The notes under the pieces: model-generated | Seen by the model: the letters and a program-made list of their open reading frames with translations, nothing else | Database searches by the model: none | Told to the model about the DNA's origin: nothing | Made by a program: the position numbers and the translations under genes | Shown here: in pieces, positions 18,801-28,567 of the stretch | Position numbering within the stretch: position 1 is the stretch's first letter | Layout of the letters: each line of letters opens with the position of its first letter | NCBI GenBank assembly: GCA_025354605.1 | Contig: JANXMN010000276.1 | Location: 1 to 53,618 of the forward strand | Direction of reading: 5' to 3' | Length of the DNA: 53,618 nucleotides | From: Hymenobacter sp. | Lineage (GTDB): Bacteria > Bacteroidota > Bacteroidia > Cytophagales > Hymenobacteraceae

Positions 18801-20150
18801 GCGCCCGTCAGCCAGCTGGGCAGCGGGGGCTCGCCCATCGTCACCAACCCGCTTTTCAATGCGGCCTCGGCTACGGTGCGGCCCACCATCGTGCCCTATC
18901 CCACGGTGTTCAGCTACGATGAAAGCCAAGTGCCCGCGGGTGGCAGCACCACCCAGGCCTTCGACCAGGGCTACCAGTCGCCGGCCAGCGGCAGCTCCAT
19001 TATGGGCACCAGCCAAGGCTACACCGTGCAGGTGGGCGGCGGCCAGACCCTCAGCTTCAGCGGCCCGCAGAACAACGGCGCGGCGTCCGTCAATGGCCTC
19101 GGCTACGGCAGCGCGGGCACCCAGGCCGGCTGGCACCTGCTCGGCAACCCCTACCCCTCGCCCCTCGACTGGAGCACCTTGAGCGTGGGCACCACCGCCT
19201 CCGACAACCTCCAGAACCTGAGCGGCGCGGTGTACGTGTTCCAGAGCTCGGGGCAGTACGCCGGCACCTACCGCACCTACCAGAACGGCCAGGGCGGCGA
19301 CCCCATCATTGCCAGCGGCCAGGCGTTCTTCGTGCGCACGGCTGGGGTGGGCCAAAGCGGCACTTTCCGCACCAGCAATGCCAACCGCGTCACCACTTGG
19401 TCGGCTACCAACTCCACGCTCTACCGCGGCGGCAACGACCCGCGCCCGCGCCTCACGCTGGCCCTGAGCAGCCCCGGCTCGCCCGCCGATGCCACCACGG
19501 TATACACCGAAGCCGGGGCCACGCCCGCCGTCGATGCCCGCTACGATGCCTACAAGCTGCGCAACCCCGGCGCGGCCAGCTTCTACTCCCTGGCCGGCCC
19601 CGATGAGCTAACCATCAACGGCCTACCCCTACTGAGCACCGCCGACGTGGCCGTGCCGCTGGGCTTCTCGCTGCTGGCCGCCGGCCCCTGCGTCCTCCAC
19701 CTCGACGACCTGACCAACTTCCCCGCCACCACCGGTGTGCTGCTGCGCGACAACGTCCTCGGCACCCTCACCGACCTGCGCCAGCAGCCTACCTACGCCT
19801 TCACGGCTCCGGCTGGCAGCCTGGCCAGCACCACCCGCTTCGCGCTGGTACTGCGCCCCAGCGGGGCGCTGGCCACGCACGCCGGCCTCCAGGCCAGCCA
19901 GGTAGCCGTGTACCCCAACCCGGCCCACCAGTCGGCCACCCTGCTGCTGCCCGCCGTGGCCGATGCGCCCACTGCCACCGCCGTGCTGCTCGATGCCCTG
20001 GGCCGTACCCTGTGGCAGCGCACGCTGCCCGTCGGGCCCGCCGGCAGCAGCACTTTGCTCGACCTGCGGAGCCTGCCCACTGGCGTGTACATGCTGCGCC
20101 TGCAAGCCGGGACCAGCGCACCCGTCACCAAGCGCCTCACCGTCGAGTAA
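15813..20150 (+). CDS. Large secreted T9SS cargo (FN3 domain, two Cys-containing ANDLC repeats, adhesin-like)
   Basis: Signal peptide; Thr/Ser/Gly-rich; repeats ANDLC...GTLGG...DVWY.FVA at ~17418 and ~17799; WHLLGNPYPSPLDW; C-terminal VYPNPA...GVYMLRL...KRLTVE. Confidence 0.9.
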   Translation: MNTYLHTLHAPRRGWQLIFRRPWLLAMLAVLAFAGLAPRRSQAQLVSTYAFAASAGTFTPLSSGTPVPALLADEGATPVIALGFTFRFDGNDYTSVYANSNGLLSFSPTPNTDYSNDLSAIQSAVDPLAAVLWDDLTGATPGAAATYSVSGAPGSRVFTFEWLNWGWDYNASVANISFQVKLHEGSNQVEYVYRPEAGTLTSPSASVGLRSVGGTGPGSFLSVNTLSPTAVSSTSVSTNTIAAKPAAALRFTFTPTPCSVPPTYATLPVSQSFETPWTDACAAHNAAGASWRTTPLIGDNSWRREDDGTAAAWRSPAGYLPTPVASQGSHAAIFHSAFTPAGVTGNLDLYVNLSAAGTKVLTFDYVNVDQNGSTPDQLDVLLSTDGGQTFGSSLLTLTTANAYGAHTVVIPSTSATSVVRFRGTGDYQNTDIGLDNVQLVATTCAPPTSAAISGITPTTATLSFTSSASATSYTVTYQASGGPVQTVSPNPTSSPVALSGLTPTTAYTVTVLSNCSGGSTSAVVTASFTTSTPAPANDLCSAAPLLTAGNTCTPVTGTLGGAQAELSDGKLDVWYKFVATDTEQRLVITNTTGSTATFSSEVYAGSCPGNSTPTTYYNTPFMVGLTVGQTYYVRIYDFYNAPLTPTTGGFSICLTKPYTPAPANDLCTAPQSLTPATTCVTTTGTLGGTHITPGLDLNDDVWYSFVASNTQHSITVLATGTATPVTEVYSVGCPTSSTTPLAHNASSSTTALTGLTPGTTYYVRVYEFYSSAASLSPAAGAFTICVFGAPNNLIVTNGQNLTNVQGTYDNVTVQTGGSATLAGGLVVNQTITVQTGGILNTNCQLISGAASFTLNAGGTLGICNAQGIYTSGASGTVQVTGGRSFSSDALYVYNGSVPQSSGPGLPAQVRELTVVNAGNGLTLNNTGLDISRVLRLTNGNFLTSSLPVRLLSSNGGTALIDNTGGLVTGTVQVQRYVNNTLNAGLGYRHLSSPVAGAPVSQLGSGGSPIVTNPLFNAASATVRPTIVPYPTVFSYDESQVPAGGSTTQAFDQGYQSPASGSSIMGTSQGYTVQVGGGQTLSFSGPQNNGAASVNGLGYGSAGTQAGWHLLGNPYPSPLDWSTLSVGTTASDNLQNLSGAVYVFQSSGQYAGTYRTYQNGQGGDPIIASGQAFFVRTAGVGQSGTFRTSNANRVTTWSATNSTLYRGGNDPRPRLTLALSSPGSPADATTVYTEAGATPAVDARYDAYKLRNPGAASFYSLAGPDELTINGLPLLSTADVAVPLGFSLLAAGPCVLHLDDLTNFPATTGVLLRDNVLGTLTDLRQQPTYAFTAPAGSLASTTRFALVLRPSGALATHAGLQASQVAVYPNPAHQSATLLLPAVADAPTATAVLLDALGRTLWQRTLPVGPAGSSTLLDLRSLPTGVYMLRLQAGTSAPVTKRLTVE

Positions 20151-20249
20151 TTCATTTTCTCCTCACTTCTTTCCAGCGCGCCGGGTGGTGTATTCCGGGT
20201 CGAGCCCCGACGGCCCGGCGCGTTTGGGAAGAGCTTTCACAACCCCATT

Positions 20250-20462
20250 ATGAAATCATTTCTTGCCCACTGGGCTACCCGCGCCGCCGGCTTCTTCCTG
20301 CTGCTGGGCCTGTCCGCGCTCGCGAGCCACGCCCAGCCCAGCTCGGGCGGCCCGCAGCCCGGCCTCGCTCCCACCGCCACGCCCATCGACGGCGGCGCTT
20401 CGCTGCTACTGGTCGGCGGCATTGCCCTCGGCCTCAAAAAGCTGCGCCGACGGCCCCGCTAA
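20250..20462 (+). CDS. Small protein with PIDGG (PID-CTERM-like) C-terminal sorting signal
   Basis: Signal peptide ending ASHA, a short Pro/Gly segment, TPIDGG, a hydrophobic helix and basic tail KKLRRRPR. Confidence 0.85.
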   Translation: MKSFLAHWATRAAGFFLLLGLSALASHAQPSSGGPQPGLAPTATPIDGGASLLLVGGIALGLKKLRRRPR

Positions 20463-20478
20463 CGCCTGTTTCAACCAT

Positions 20479-20521
20479 AAAAAAGCCCCGACCGCTTGCG
20501 CGGCCGGGGCTTCCCGTTTTC
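20479..20521. terminator. Terminator between convergent genes
   Basis: A-tract, AAGCCCCGACCGC-TTGC-GCGGCCGGGGCTT. Confidence 0.7.
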
Positions 20522-20537
20522 AAAGCTGCCACTGCGA

Positions 20538-23500
20538 TTACAGCGTGCGTTTGATTTCCTTTTCTTCGAAGCCTTCAATGTTATCGCCCTCAATCAGCTC
20601 GTTGAAGCCTTTGATGGAGATACCACATTCGTAGCCCTGGCGTACCTCGCTCACGTCGTCTTTGAAACGCTTGAGGTCCTGAATGTCGCCGGTGTACATC
20701 ACGATGCCGTTGCGCACCACCCGCACCTTGGTTTTGCGGGTCAGCGTGCCTTCCGTCATCATACAGCCGGCAATGGTGCCCACTTTGGTGATGTTGAACA
20801 CCATCCGCACTTCGGCGTTGGCCGTCACCACTTCCTGCACCGTCGGGGCCAGCATGCCTTCCATGGCATCCTTCACCTCGTTGATGGCATTGTAGATGAT
20901 GCTGTACAAACGGATGTCAATCTGCTCGTTCTCGGCCAGCTTGCGGGCACTCTGCGAGGGCCGCACCTGGAAGCCGATGATGATGGCGTCGGAAGCCGAA
21001 GCCAGCAGCACGTCGCTTTCGGAGATGGCACCCACCCCTTTCGAGAGGATGTTCACCTTCACTTCCGGCGTGCTCAGTTTGAGCAAAGAGTCGGAAAGTG
21101 CTTCCACTGAGCCGTCCACGTCGCCCTTCACCAAGATATTAAGCTCCTTGAACGAACCGATAGCCAGGCGGCGACCAATTTCGTCCAGCGTGATGTGCTT
21201 CTTGGTCCGGATGGTTTGCTCGCGGGCCAGCTGCAGGCGCTGGGTGGCGATTTCGCGGGCTTCGCGCTCCGTTTCCATCACCTGGATGCGGTCGCCGGCC
21301 TGCGGGGCTCCAGTCAGACCAAGCACCTGCACCGGCGTGGCGGGCGGGGCCGATTTCATCTTCTTGCCGCGGTGGTCGGTCATGGCCTTCACGCGGCCGA
21401 AGTGCGGGCCGGCGAGGATGATGTCACCCACATTCAGCGTACCGGTTTGTACCAGCACGGTGGTCACGTAGCCGCGGCCCTTGTCGAGCGAGGCTTCAAT
21501 CACGGTGCCGATGGCGTTGCGGTCGGGGTTGGCTTTCAGGTCGAGCAGTTCGGCCTCCAGCAGCACCTTTTCCAAGAGGTCTTCAATCCCAATGCCCGAC
21601 TTGGCCGAAACCTCCTGGCTCTGGTATTTGCCACCCCACTCTTCCACTAGAATGTTAATCTGGGAAAGCTCCTCGCGGATTTTCTCAGGGTTGGCCGAAG
21701 GCTTGTCAATCTTGTTGAGGGCGATAATAATCGGTACCCCGGCCGCTTGCGCGTGGTTGATGGCTTCCTTCGTCTGGGGCATCACCGAGTCGTCGGCGGC
21801 TACCACGATAATGGCAATATCCGTCACTTTGGCACCCCGGGCCCGCATGGCCGTAAAGGCTTCGTGCCCCGGCGTATCGAGGAAGGTAATGGGCTGGCCC
21901 GATTTGGTGCGCACCTCGTAGGCCCCAATGTGCTGCGTGATACCGCCGGCTTCGCCCTTGGCCACGCTCGCATCGCGGATGTAGTCAAGCAGCGAGGTTT
22001 TGCCGTGGTCGACGTGGCCCATGATGGTCACGATGGGGGCGCGGTGCTTGAGGTCTTCCTCGGCATCGCCGGCGTCCACGTCAATCTCTTCTTCTTCGGC
22101 CGAGAGGAATTCCACGTCAAAGCCGAATTCATCGGCAATCACGGTAATGGCCTCGGCGTCGAGGCGCTGGTTGATGGACACGAACATGCCCATGCCCAGG
22201 CACACCTTAATCACCTCGTTCACGTTCACGTCCATCAGCGAGGCCAGGTCGTTAGCCGAGATGAATTCGGTGAGCTTGAGGATTTTGGCGTCGAGCTCAT
22301 TCTGCGCGCGCAGGGCCTCGCGGTCCTCCGCCAGCATGCTGCGCTTGTCGCGGCGGTACTTGGCGCGGTTCTGATTGTTGCCGCCCTTGTTGCCACCGAG
22401 CTTGGCCAACGTGGCCTTAATCTGCTCCTGAATCTGCTTTTCGGCCTGTTCGGGCGTAAGTGCCGGCGCATTCGGCTTGGGAGCCGACGACTGACCGGGA
22501 CGCTGGCCGGGGCCGCCGGGGCGGTTGCCGCCCTGGCCGGGGCCGCCACCGGGACGGTTGCCCTGGTAGCCGCCACCTTGGCCGGGCGCACCGGCCGGGC
22601 GGTTGCCTTGGTAGCCGGGGCTGGGGGGCGAGGTAGTGCTGCCGGCCGGGCCGGGCAGGCGAGTGCGTTTCTTCTGGCCGGGGCCAGCGGGCAGCCCGCG
22701 CTTGCTCACATCCGACGAAGCAATCGGACGGGGGCCGCGGCCACCCGGCCCCCGCCGGTCGTTATTAAGCGAGGAAAGGTCAATTTTACCAAGCACGGTC
22801 AACCCCTTCAGCGGGTCCGATTTCGCCACAATAGTGCTGTCGTCGGCCACCGGGGCCTCGGGTGCCGCCGTCGGCGCGGCGGGAGCCACCGCTACCGGAG
22901 CCGCCGGTGCGGCCGGAGCCGGGGCAGCGGGTGCAGCCGGGGATGGGGCCGGCGCAACGGGAGCCGCTTCAGCCTTGGGAGCAGCGGGAGCTGGGGCCGC
23001 AGCAGCTGGGACCGCAGCAGCTGGGGCCGCCGGGGCTTCTACTTTCGGCGCGACCGGGGCAGGGGTTTCCGCTTTGGGCGCTACCGGCGTAGTAGCGGCA
23101 GGAGCAGACGGGGCCGCCGCCGACGGGGCAGCAGCCGCCGGAGCGGCTACGGGCGCGACGGGTTTGGGCGGCACAACCCGGCCCTTGCTGTCGAGCTCGA
23201 TTCTGCCGAGCACCTTCAGGCCGGGCGCGCTGGGTGCTTCGGCGGTGGGGGCCGGCGTGGCAGTTGGGGCTGGGGCCGGGGCGACTACGGGAGTCGGAGC
23301 AGCGGCCACGGGAGCCACCGGCGCGGCCGGCGTGGGTGCCGGGGCGGGTGTGGCCACGGGGGCCGGACGCGGCGCATGGGCGGCCGGCTTGGGCGCAGCG
23401 TCGAGGTCGCTCTGGCGCTTGGCCTGAATGACTTTCTGGGCTTCTTGACGGTCGTGGGCAGAGGCGGCGAATTCCTTCTCCAGCGAGGCCACCTGCTCAC

Positions 23501-23630
23501 CAGTGAGCTTGGTGGTCGGCTTGTTCTCTACTTGTATACCTTTTTTGGCCAGGGCTTCGACCACCCTGTCCATTCCAATGTTCAGGTCTTTGGCCGCCTG
23601 TTGTAGCCGTTTCGGGGTTGCTTCCGCCAT
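20538..23630 (-). CDS. infB: Translation initiation factor IF-2
   Basis: [32 protein letters not shown]; follows nusA. Confidence 0.98.
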   Translation of the reverse strand: MAEATPKRLQQAAKDLNIGMDRVVEALAKKGIQVENKPTTKLTGEQVASLEKEFAASAHDRQEAQKVIQAKRQSDLDAAPKPAAHAPRPAPVATPAPAPTPAAPVAPVAAAPTPVVAPAPAPTATPAPTAEAPSAPGLKVLGRIELDSKGRVVPPKPVAPVAAPAAAAPSAAAPSAPAATTPVAPKAETPAPVAPKVEAPAAPAAAVPAAAAPAPAAPKAEAAPVAPAPSPAAPAAPAPAAPAAPVAVAPAAPTAAPEAPVADDSTIVAKSDPLKGLTVLGKIDLSSLNNDRRGPGGRGPRPIASSDVSKRGLPAGPGQKKRTRLPGPAGSTTSPPSPGYQGNRPAGAPGQGGGYQGNRPGGGPGQGGNRPGGPGQRPGQSSAPKPNAPALTPEQAEKQIQEQIKATLAKLGGNKGGNNQNRAKYRRDKRSMLAEDREALRAQNELDAKILKLTEFISANDLASLMDVNVNEVIKVCLGMGMFVSINQRLDAEAITVIADEFGFDVEFLSAEEEEIDVDAGDAEEDLKHRAPIVTIMGHVDHGKTSLLDYIRDASVAKGEAGGITQHIGAYEVRTKSGQPITFLDTPGHEAFTAMRARGAKVTDIAIIVVAADDSVMPQTKEAINHAQAAGVPIIIALNKIDKPSANPEKIREELSQINILVEEWGGKYQSQEVSAKSGIGIEDLLEKVLLEAELLDLKANPDRNAIGTVIEASLDKGRGYVTTVLVQTGTLNVGDIILAGPHFGRVKAMTDHRGKKMKSAPPATPVQVLGLTGAPQAGDRIQVMETEREAREIATQRLQLAREQTIRTKKHITLDEIGRRLAIGSFKELNILVKGDVDGSVEALSDSLLKLSTPEVKVNILSKGVGAISESDVLLASASDAIIIGFQVRPSQSARKLAENEQIDIRLYSIIYNAINEVKDAMEGMLAPTVQEVVTANAEVRMVFNITKVGTIAGCMMTEGTLTRKTKVRVVRNGIVMYTGDIQDLKRFKDDVSEVRQGYECGISIKGFNELIEGDNIEGFEEKEIKRTL

Positions 23631-23753
23631 TCTATCTATCTCGCGTACGATACGCTTCTAAGTGCAAAGGTATTACATTAAATCTTGCCAGCAGGGCACA
23701 AACCGCGCCTGCTGGCCCGATTTGTTACCCTTGCCGTACCGGCCGCGGGGCCG

Positions 23754-25208
23754 TCATTGGGCTGGCTCGGCGGGAGAGCTCGCGCCCGCTTCCTCAGTCG
23801 CTGCGTTGGAATCTGCCTCGGCGCTGTCGGCCAGGGGCGTGTGCTCAGAGGCCGTTTCGGTGGCTGAAGCGTGCGTCACAGCAGCTTCTTCGGTGGCGAC
23901 AGCGTCGGTTTTGCCGGCGGCAACGCGGGTTTTAGCGGCTTCGAGAGTCGTGTCGTCGAGGTCCTCATCATCGGCAAACTCCTGGCGGATAATGCGGTAC
24001 ACGTCATCCACCATCTCTTCTTCGAGTTCGGTGCGACGCACGATATCTTCCTTCTTCACGGCCAGCACGGCACGGCCGGTGTCGAGGCCGATTTTCTTGA
24101 GCTCGGCCAGTACCCAGGGCTCAATCTCGTCCTGGAACTCGTCGAGCGAGATGTCTTCCTCGTAGTCGGTCGCTTCGCGGAACACGTCAATTTCCATGCC
24201 CACGAGGCGGCTGGCCAGCTTGATGTTGGCCCCGCCGCGCCCGATGGCCAGGCTCACCTGGTCGGGCTTCATGAACACGGACACGCGGCCGTTCTCCTGG
24301 TTGATTTTCATCGAGCCCACCTTGGCCGGCGACAGGGCGCGGGCAATGTAGAGCTCCAGGTTGTCGGTGTAGTTGATGATGTCGATATTTTCGTTTTCCA
24401 GCTCGCGCACCACCGGGTGAATGCGGCTGCCCTTCATGCCCACGCAGGCCCCCACCGGGTCGATGCGTTCGTCGTAGCTCTCCACGGCCACTTTGGCGCG
24501 CTCGCCGGGCTCGCGCACCACGTTCTTGATAACGATGAGGCCGTCGTAAATCTCGGGCACTTCCAGCTCGAACAAGCGCTCGAGGAAAGCCGGAGCCGCG
24601 CGCGAGAGAATGATTTTCGGCGTACCGTTAATCACTTCCACGCGGTGCACCACGGCGCGCACGGTGTCGCCCTTGCGGAACCGGTCCTTGGGAATTTGCT
24701 CGCCCTTAGGCATCACCAACTCGTTGTCGTCCTTGTCCATGATGAGGGCCTCACGGCTCCACACCTGGTACACTTCACCGGTCACGATTTCGCCCACCTG
24801 GTCCTTGTACTTTTGGTACAGGTTGTCACGCTCGAGGTCCTTCACGCGCTGAATCAGCGTCTGGCGGGCCATGAGCACGGCGCGACGGCCGAAGTCTTCC
24901 AGCTTCACGCCCTCGGCCACAGATTCACCGATTTCAAAGTCAGGCTCGATTTTCTGCGCCTCGGCCAACGGAATTTTATCGAAGTCCCAGATATCCTCCG
25001 AGTTGTCGTCGACAATCTCGCGGTTGCGCCAGATTTCGAGGTCGCCGTTGTCGGGGTTGATGATGACATCGAAGTTTTCGTCCTGGTCGTACTTCTTGCG
25101 AATCATGGTCCGGAACACGTCGTCCAGGATGCTCATCATCGTGGGCCGGTCGATGTTCTTGCTCCGGGCAAATTCGCCGAAGGATTCAATGAGTTCGTGG
25201 CTGTTCAT
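23754..25208 (-). CDS. nusA: Transcription termination/antitermination factor NusA
   Basis: FGRRA...ARQ, REPGERAKVAV, DPVGACVGMKGSRI, AIGRGGANIKLAS. Confidence 0.98.
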   Translation of the reverse strand: MNSHELIESFGEFARSKNIDRPTMMSILDDVFRTMIRKKYDQDENFDVIINPDNGDLEIWRNREIVDDNSEDIWDFDKIPLAEAQKIEPDFEIGESVAEGVKLEDFGRRAVLMARQTLIQRVKDLERDNLYQKYKDQVGEIVTGEVYQVWSREALIMDKDDNELVMPKGEQIPKDRFRKGDTVRAVVHRVEVINGTPKIILSRAAPAFLERLFELEVPEIYDGLIVIKNVVREPGERAKVAVESYDERIDPVGACVGMKGSRIHPVVRELENENIDIINYTDNLELYIARALSPAKVGSMKINQENGRVSVFMKPDQVSLAIGRGGANIKLASRLVGMEIDVFREATDYEEDISLDEFQDEIEPWVLAELKKIGLDTGRAVLAVKKEDIVRRTELEEEMVDDVYRIIRQEFADDEDLDDTTLEAAKTRVAAGKTDAVATEEAAVTHASATETASEHTPLADSAEADSNAATEEAGASSPAEPAQ

Positions 25209-25213
25209 TGGGG

Positions 25214-25295
25214 TTGCTGGTTGCTGGTTGCTGGTTGCTGGTTCCCGATGTTGGCCTGGCTAAACAACCAGAAACCAGGAACGAGAAACCAGAAA
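25214..25295. repeat. Inverted pair of heptamer tandem arrays
   Basis: (TTGCTGG)x4 at 25214-41 facing CCAGAAA-type x4 at 25268-95. Confidence 0.85.
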
Positions 25296-25296
25296 C

Positions 25297-25767
25297 TTAT
25301 TTAAAGGAGATAACTACCTTGGCTTCCTGGATAACCGCGAAGGGAAAGAAGACGGCGGGCAGGATGGTTTTCTTGGTTTTCTGTTTGATGACTTCCTCGA
25401 TTTCTACGCCTTCGGCGGTGGCGGCGGTGAGGGTGCCGGTTTTCTCGGTGCCATCGGCCAGCTTTAGGGCCAGCGAGCGGCCGATGTGGCGGGGGTACTG
25501 GCGCGGGTCGGTCAGGGGCTGGTCGGCACCCGGGCTGGTAACTTCGAGCGAGTAGGCCGATTCCTCGCCGTAGTGCTCGTCGATGCGGCGGGCCAGACGG
25601 CGGCTGATGGTAGCGCACGACTGGATGGCCAAGCCCTCGGGCCCGTCGAGGGTGACGGTAACCTTAGGCAGCACCGAGTCGGATACGGTGAGGCTCACGA
25701 TGAAGAGCTCCTGGTCGCCAATGGCGTCGCGGAGCATTTCCAGCAGCAGGGTACGGTCGAGGTGCAT
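25297..25767 (-). CDS. rimP: Ribosome maturation factor RimP
   Basis: YSLEVTSPGADQPL...QY..HIGR; first gene of rimP-nusA-infB; ATG at 25767. Confidence 0.95.
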   Translation of the reverse strand: MHLDRTLLLEMLRDAIGDQELFIVSLTVSDSVLPKVTVTLDGPEGLAIQSCATISRRLARRIDEHYGEESAYSLEVTSPGADQPLTDPRQYPRHIGRSLALKLADGTEKTGTLTAATAEGVEIEEVIKQKTKKTILPAVFFPFAVIQEAKVVISFK

Positions 25768-25787
25768 AGGGTTTGAAACAAGCGGGC

Positions 25788-25818
25788 AAAAAAAGAGGGG
25801 ACTTCGCGTCCCCTCTTT
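25788..25818 (-). promoter_or_regulatory. rimP leader hairpin (attenuator-like)
   Basis: Minus strand AAAGAGGGGAC-GCGAA-GTCCCCTCTTTTTTT between a TACCTTTG box (25844-51, minus) and the rimP start. Confidence 0.75.
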
Positions 25819-25929
25819 ATCAGATTGAATACCAACTTCGGGGCAAAGGTACGACAATCGGGGGGCGAATGCAAGATGAGAGCAATTGTGGAGGGGTAGA
25901 GGCTTCGGCGAAGCCCGCCGTAGAACAAC

Positions 25930-25954
25930 GGGCGGGGCCAAGCCCTGCCCCTAC
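25930..25954. repeat. REP arm lacking the 15-bp insert
   Basis: GGGCGGGGCCAAGCCCTGCCCCTAC aligns with 64-103 once 80-94 is removed. Confidence 0.7.
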
Positions 25955-26109
25955 CTCGCATGCCAGTATACCGCCAGAAATCCTTCCCCATTTAATAACT
26001 GCTCATGCAACTTGAGAAGCAAATGGAGTCTTTGGTAAACCCTGGAGGCGCGTTCGAAGTTTCCCGACAGCATTCCTGGCCATTTACCAAATCACTCACT
26101 TTCATTCTT

Positions 26110-26688
26110 ATGAACACTCCTTCCCTCTTTCGCCAGCTGACTTTTGGCGTGGTGGCTGCTCTGAGCATCAGCGCCGCGCACGCCCAGACAACCCCAGCCG
26201 CTACGCCAGAGAAAATGCTGCCGCCGAGTCCGCAGTCGCGGGCGCTGCTGGAGCCCAAGCCCAGCCCAGCCGCCACGGCCAAGGGCAAAATCGGCGCGGC
26301 CGACGTGGCGGTGAACTACAGCAGCCCGGCCGTGAAGGGCCGGGCCATCTGGGGCGGACTGGTGCCTTACGACAAGGTGTGGCGCGCCGGGGCCAACGAG
26401 GCGACGACGGTGGAATTTACCAAAGATATGAAAGTGGACGGCAAGGCGCTGCCAGCGGGTAAGTACGGCTTCTTCGTGCTGCCCACCGCGAAGCAGTGGA
26501 CGGTGATTTTCAACAAGGTACCCAACCAGTGGGGAGCCTTCAAGTACGACGAGAAGCAGGACGCCCTGCGCGTGGTGGTGGTGCCCCGCAAGGCGGCGGC
26601 AATGGCCGAGCGGCTGGCCTACGAGGTGCAGCCCGCTGGGCTGCTGCTGCGCTGGGAGAACCTGGAAGCGCTGGTGCCGATTAAGTAG
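26110..26688 (+). CDS. DUF2911 family exported protein
   Basis: PSP.A, YSSPAVKGR.IWGGLVPYDKVWRAGANEAT. Confidence 0.9.
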   Translation: MNTPSLFRQLTFGVVAALSISAAHAQTTPAATPEKMLPPSPQSRALLEPKPSPAATAKGKIGAADVAVNYSSPAVKGRAIWGGLVPYDKVWRAGANEATTVEFTKDMKVDGKALPAGKYGFFVLPTAKQWTVIFNKVPNQWGAFKYDEKQDALRVVVVPRKAAAMAERLAYEVQPAGLLLRWENLEALVPIK

Positions 26689-26698
26689 CGAATAGAAG

Positions 26699-26790
26699 AA
26701 CGAGTACCCCGGAATTTCATTTAGCCCCGTCCGAACGATTGGCAAAAGCTTCGTTCGAACGGGCCGAAATGGAATTTCGGAGTACTCGTT
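26699..26790. repeat. Long imperfect palindrome (MITE/REP-like)
   Basis: 40-bp arms AACGAGTACCCCGGAATTTCATTT... and ...AAATGGAATTTCGGAGTACTCGTT with about 6 mismatches. Confidence 0.8.
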
Positions 26791-26801
26791 TTAGCGGCGC
26801 G

Positions 26802-26809
26802 TACTTTTG
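26802..26809 (+). promoter_or_regulatory. Bacteroidota -7 promoter box
   Basis: TACTTTTG (TAnnTTTG) about 30 bp upstream of selD. Confidence 0.6.
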
Positions 26810-26837
26810 CAGTCTTCGCCTGCCATCAACCCAATAA

Positions 26838-27875
26838 ATGGAATATAAACTGACCCAGTACAGCCACGGCGCGGGCTGCGGCTGCAAAATCGCCCCGGCC
26901 GTGCTCGACCAGATGCTGCACACCAGCATTGCCCAGCCCCAGCACCCCAACCTGCTGGTGGGCAACGCCAGCCGCGACGACGCGGCCGTTTATGACATTG
27001 GCGGGGGCCAGGCGGTGATTTCGACCACCGACTTCTTCATGCCCATTGTCGATGACGCCTACGATTTCGGGCGCATCGCCTCGGCCAACGCCATTTCCGA
27101 CGTATACGCCATGGGCGGGCGGCCGCTGCTGGCCATTGCCGTGCTGGGCTGGCCCGTGGACAAGCTGCCGCCTGAAGTAGCGCGCCGCGTGCTCGAAGGA
27201 GCCCGCAGCATCTGCGCCGAGGCAGGCATTCCGCTGGCCGGCGGCCATAGCATCGACTCGCCGGAGCCCATTTTCGGGCTGGCCGTAACGGGCATGGTCG
27301 CCATTAAAGACCTGAAGCAGAACGATACGGCCACCGCCGGCTCGGAGCTATTTCTGACCAAGCCGCTGGGCGTGGGCATTCTGACGACGGCCCAGAAAAA
27401 GGGGATTCTGCGCGAGGAGGATGCCAACACTGCGCCCGCCCAGATGATGCAGCTCAATAAAATCGGCGCGGAGCTGAGCCAGCTGCCGGCCGTGACGGCC
27501 CTGACCGACGTAACGGGCTTTGGCCTGCTCGGCCACTTGGCCGAAGTGTGCGAAGGCAGCCACCTGACGGCGGAAATCGACTTCGCTAAGGTACCGCGCC
27601 TGGCAGCGGCCGAATCGTATCTGAAGCAGGGCAGCGTGCCCGGCGGCACCACTCGCAACTGGGCAAGCTACAGCCACAAAATCGGCCCTATCTCGGACGA
27701 GCAGCGGGCCTGGCTCTGTGACCCGCAGACCTCGGGCGGCCTGCTGGTATGCGTGGAACCAGCCGGCCGCGCGTCGGTGGAGGCCGTTTTTGCAAAGCAC
27801 GGACTGGCGCTGGAGAGCTTCGGCCACCTGCGCGCGCACGCCGACGGCGAAGCCTGGGTGCAGGTGCAGGCCTAG
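26838..27875 (+). CDS. selD: Selenide, water dikinase (Cys form)
   Basis: [58 protein letters not shown]. Confidence 0.97.
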   Translation: MEYKLTQYSHGAGCGCKIAPAVLDQMLHTSIAQPQHPNLLVGNASRDDAAVYDIGGGQAVISTTDFFMPIVDDAYDFGRIASANAISDVYAMGGRPLLAIAVLGWPVDKLPPEVARRVLEGARSICAEAGIPLAGGHSIDSPEPIFGLAVTGMVAIKDLKQNDTATAGSELFLTKPLGVGILTTAQKKGILREEDANTAPAQMMQLNKIGAELSQLPAVTALTDVTGFGLLGHLAEVCEGSHLTAEIDFAKVPRLAAAESYLKQGSVPGGTTRNWASYSHKIGPISDEQRAWLCDPQTSGGLLVCVEPAGRASVEAVFAKHGLALESFGHLRAHADGEAWVQVQA

Positions 27876-27896
27876 GGCACAGCCCGTTTTTCCGGC

Positions 27897-28490
27897 ATGA
27901 AGTCTTCCTTTTTTCGCCCGCTGCTGGAAATTGCGGTGGTGCTGTTCGTGGTGCTGGGCGCGGCCCGGTGGCTGACCGGGCTGTTTGCCAAGCGCACCCA
28001 CGTGTATCGCCCGACGGCGGCACGGCAGCTGCGGCTGCTGTTCTGGCCGCTGCTGGCGCTGGGCGCGGGGCTGAGCGTACTGCCGGCCGTGGCCATAGGC
28101 GAGCAGCGAGTCAGTGGCTTCGAGTGGGGGCTGACACTGGGGTTTATGGCCTTTACGCTATTGCTAAGTGGCCCAGCGCTGCTGCTGCATCTGCGCTACT
28201 GGGTGCTGAACCAGAGCACCACGCTGCTGTTTCAGCCCACCGAAAACCGCTTCGAGGTGTACGAGGCTGGGCAGCGGCTGCCCTTTGGGCGGCGCGATTT
28301 GGCGCGGGTGGAGCGCGTGAGCTGCCGCGCCCGCCGCAGCTTCTGGGCAAAGTACGACTACCTGCGCCTGCACCTGCACGATGGCCGCGTCATCACCCTC
28401 ACTTCGCTGCTGACGGAGCTGGAGCCGCTGGCGGGATTTCTGCGCAGCGTGCCCACGGAGCGGCGGGCGGTGTATTGGTGCTGGACTTAA
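27897..28490 (+). CDS. Hypothetical membrane protein with soluble C-terminal (PH-like) domain
   Basis: Three hydrophobic segments followed by a beta-rich tail; 21 bp after selD. Confidence 0.7.
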   Translation: MKSSFFRPLLEIAVVLFVVLGAARWLTGLFAKRTHVYRPTAARQLRLLFWPLLALGAGLSVLPAVAIGEQRVSGFEWGLTLGFMAFTLLLSGPALLLHLRYWVLNQSTTLLFQPTENRFEVYEAGQRLPFGRRDLARVERVSCRARRSFWAKYDYLRLHLHDGRVITLTSLLTELEPLAGFLRSVPTERRAVYWCWT

Positions 28491-28496
28491 ATAGAG

Positions 28497-28567
28497 GTTG
28501 ATGGTTAGAGGTTAACGGGCATTAATCCCTAACCATTAACCGTTAATCCCTAACCATTAACCGTTAG
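28497..28567. repeat. Heptamer-based arrays between convergent genes
   Basis: GTTGATG GTTAGAG GTTAACG facing a 21-bp tandem duplication TTAATCCCTAACCATTAACCG (28522-63). Confidence 0.75.

Noticed and set aside
22380-23400. Very long Pro/Ala- and Gly-rich low-complexity region in IF-2
   Set aside because: Variable low-complexity N-terminal regions are normal for IF-2 in GC-rich bacteria.
21747-25304. Long plus-strand ORFs (619 aa, 477 aa) opposite infB and nusA, and similar shadow ORFs throughout the window
   Set aside because: Antisense shadows expected from high GC3 codon bias; no recognisable motifs.
26865-26890. Possible selenocysteine recoding in selD
   Set aside because: Both active-site codons are TGC (Cys); there is no in-frame TGA.
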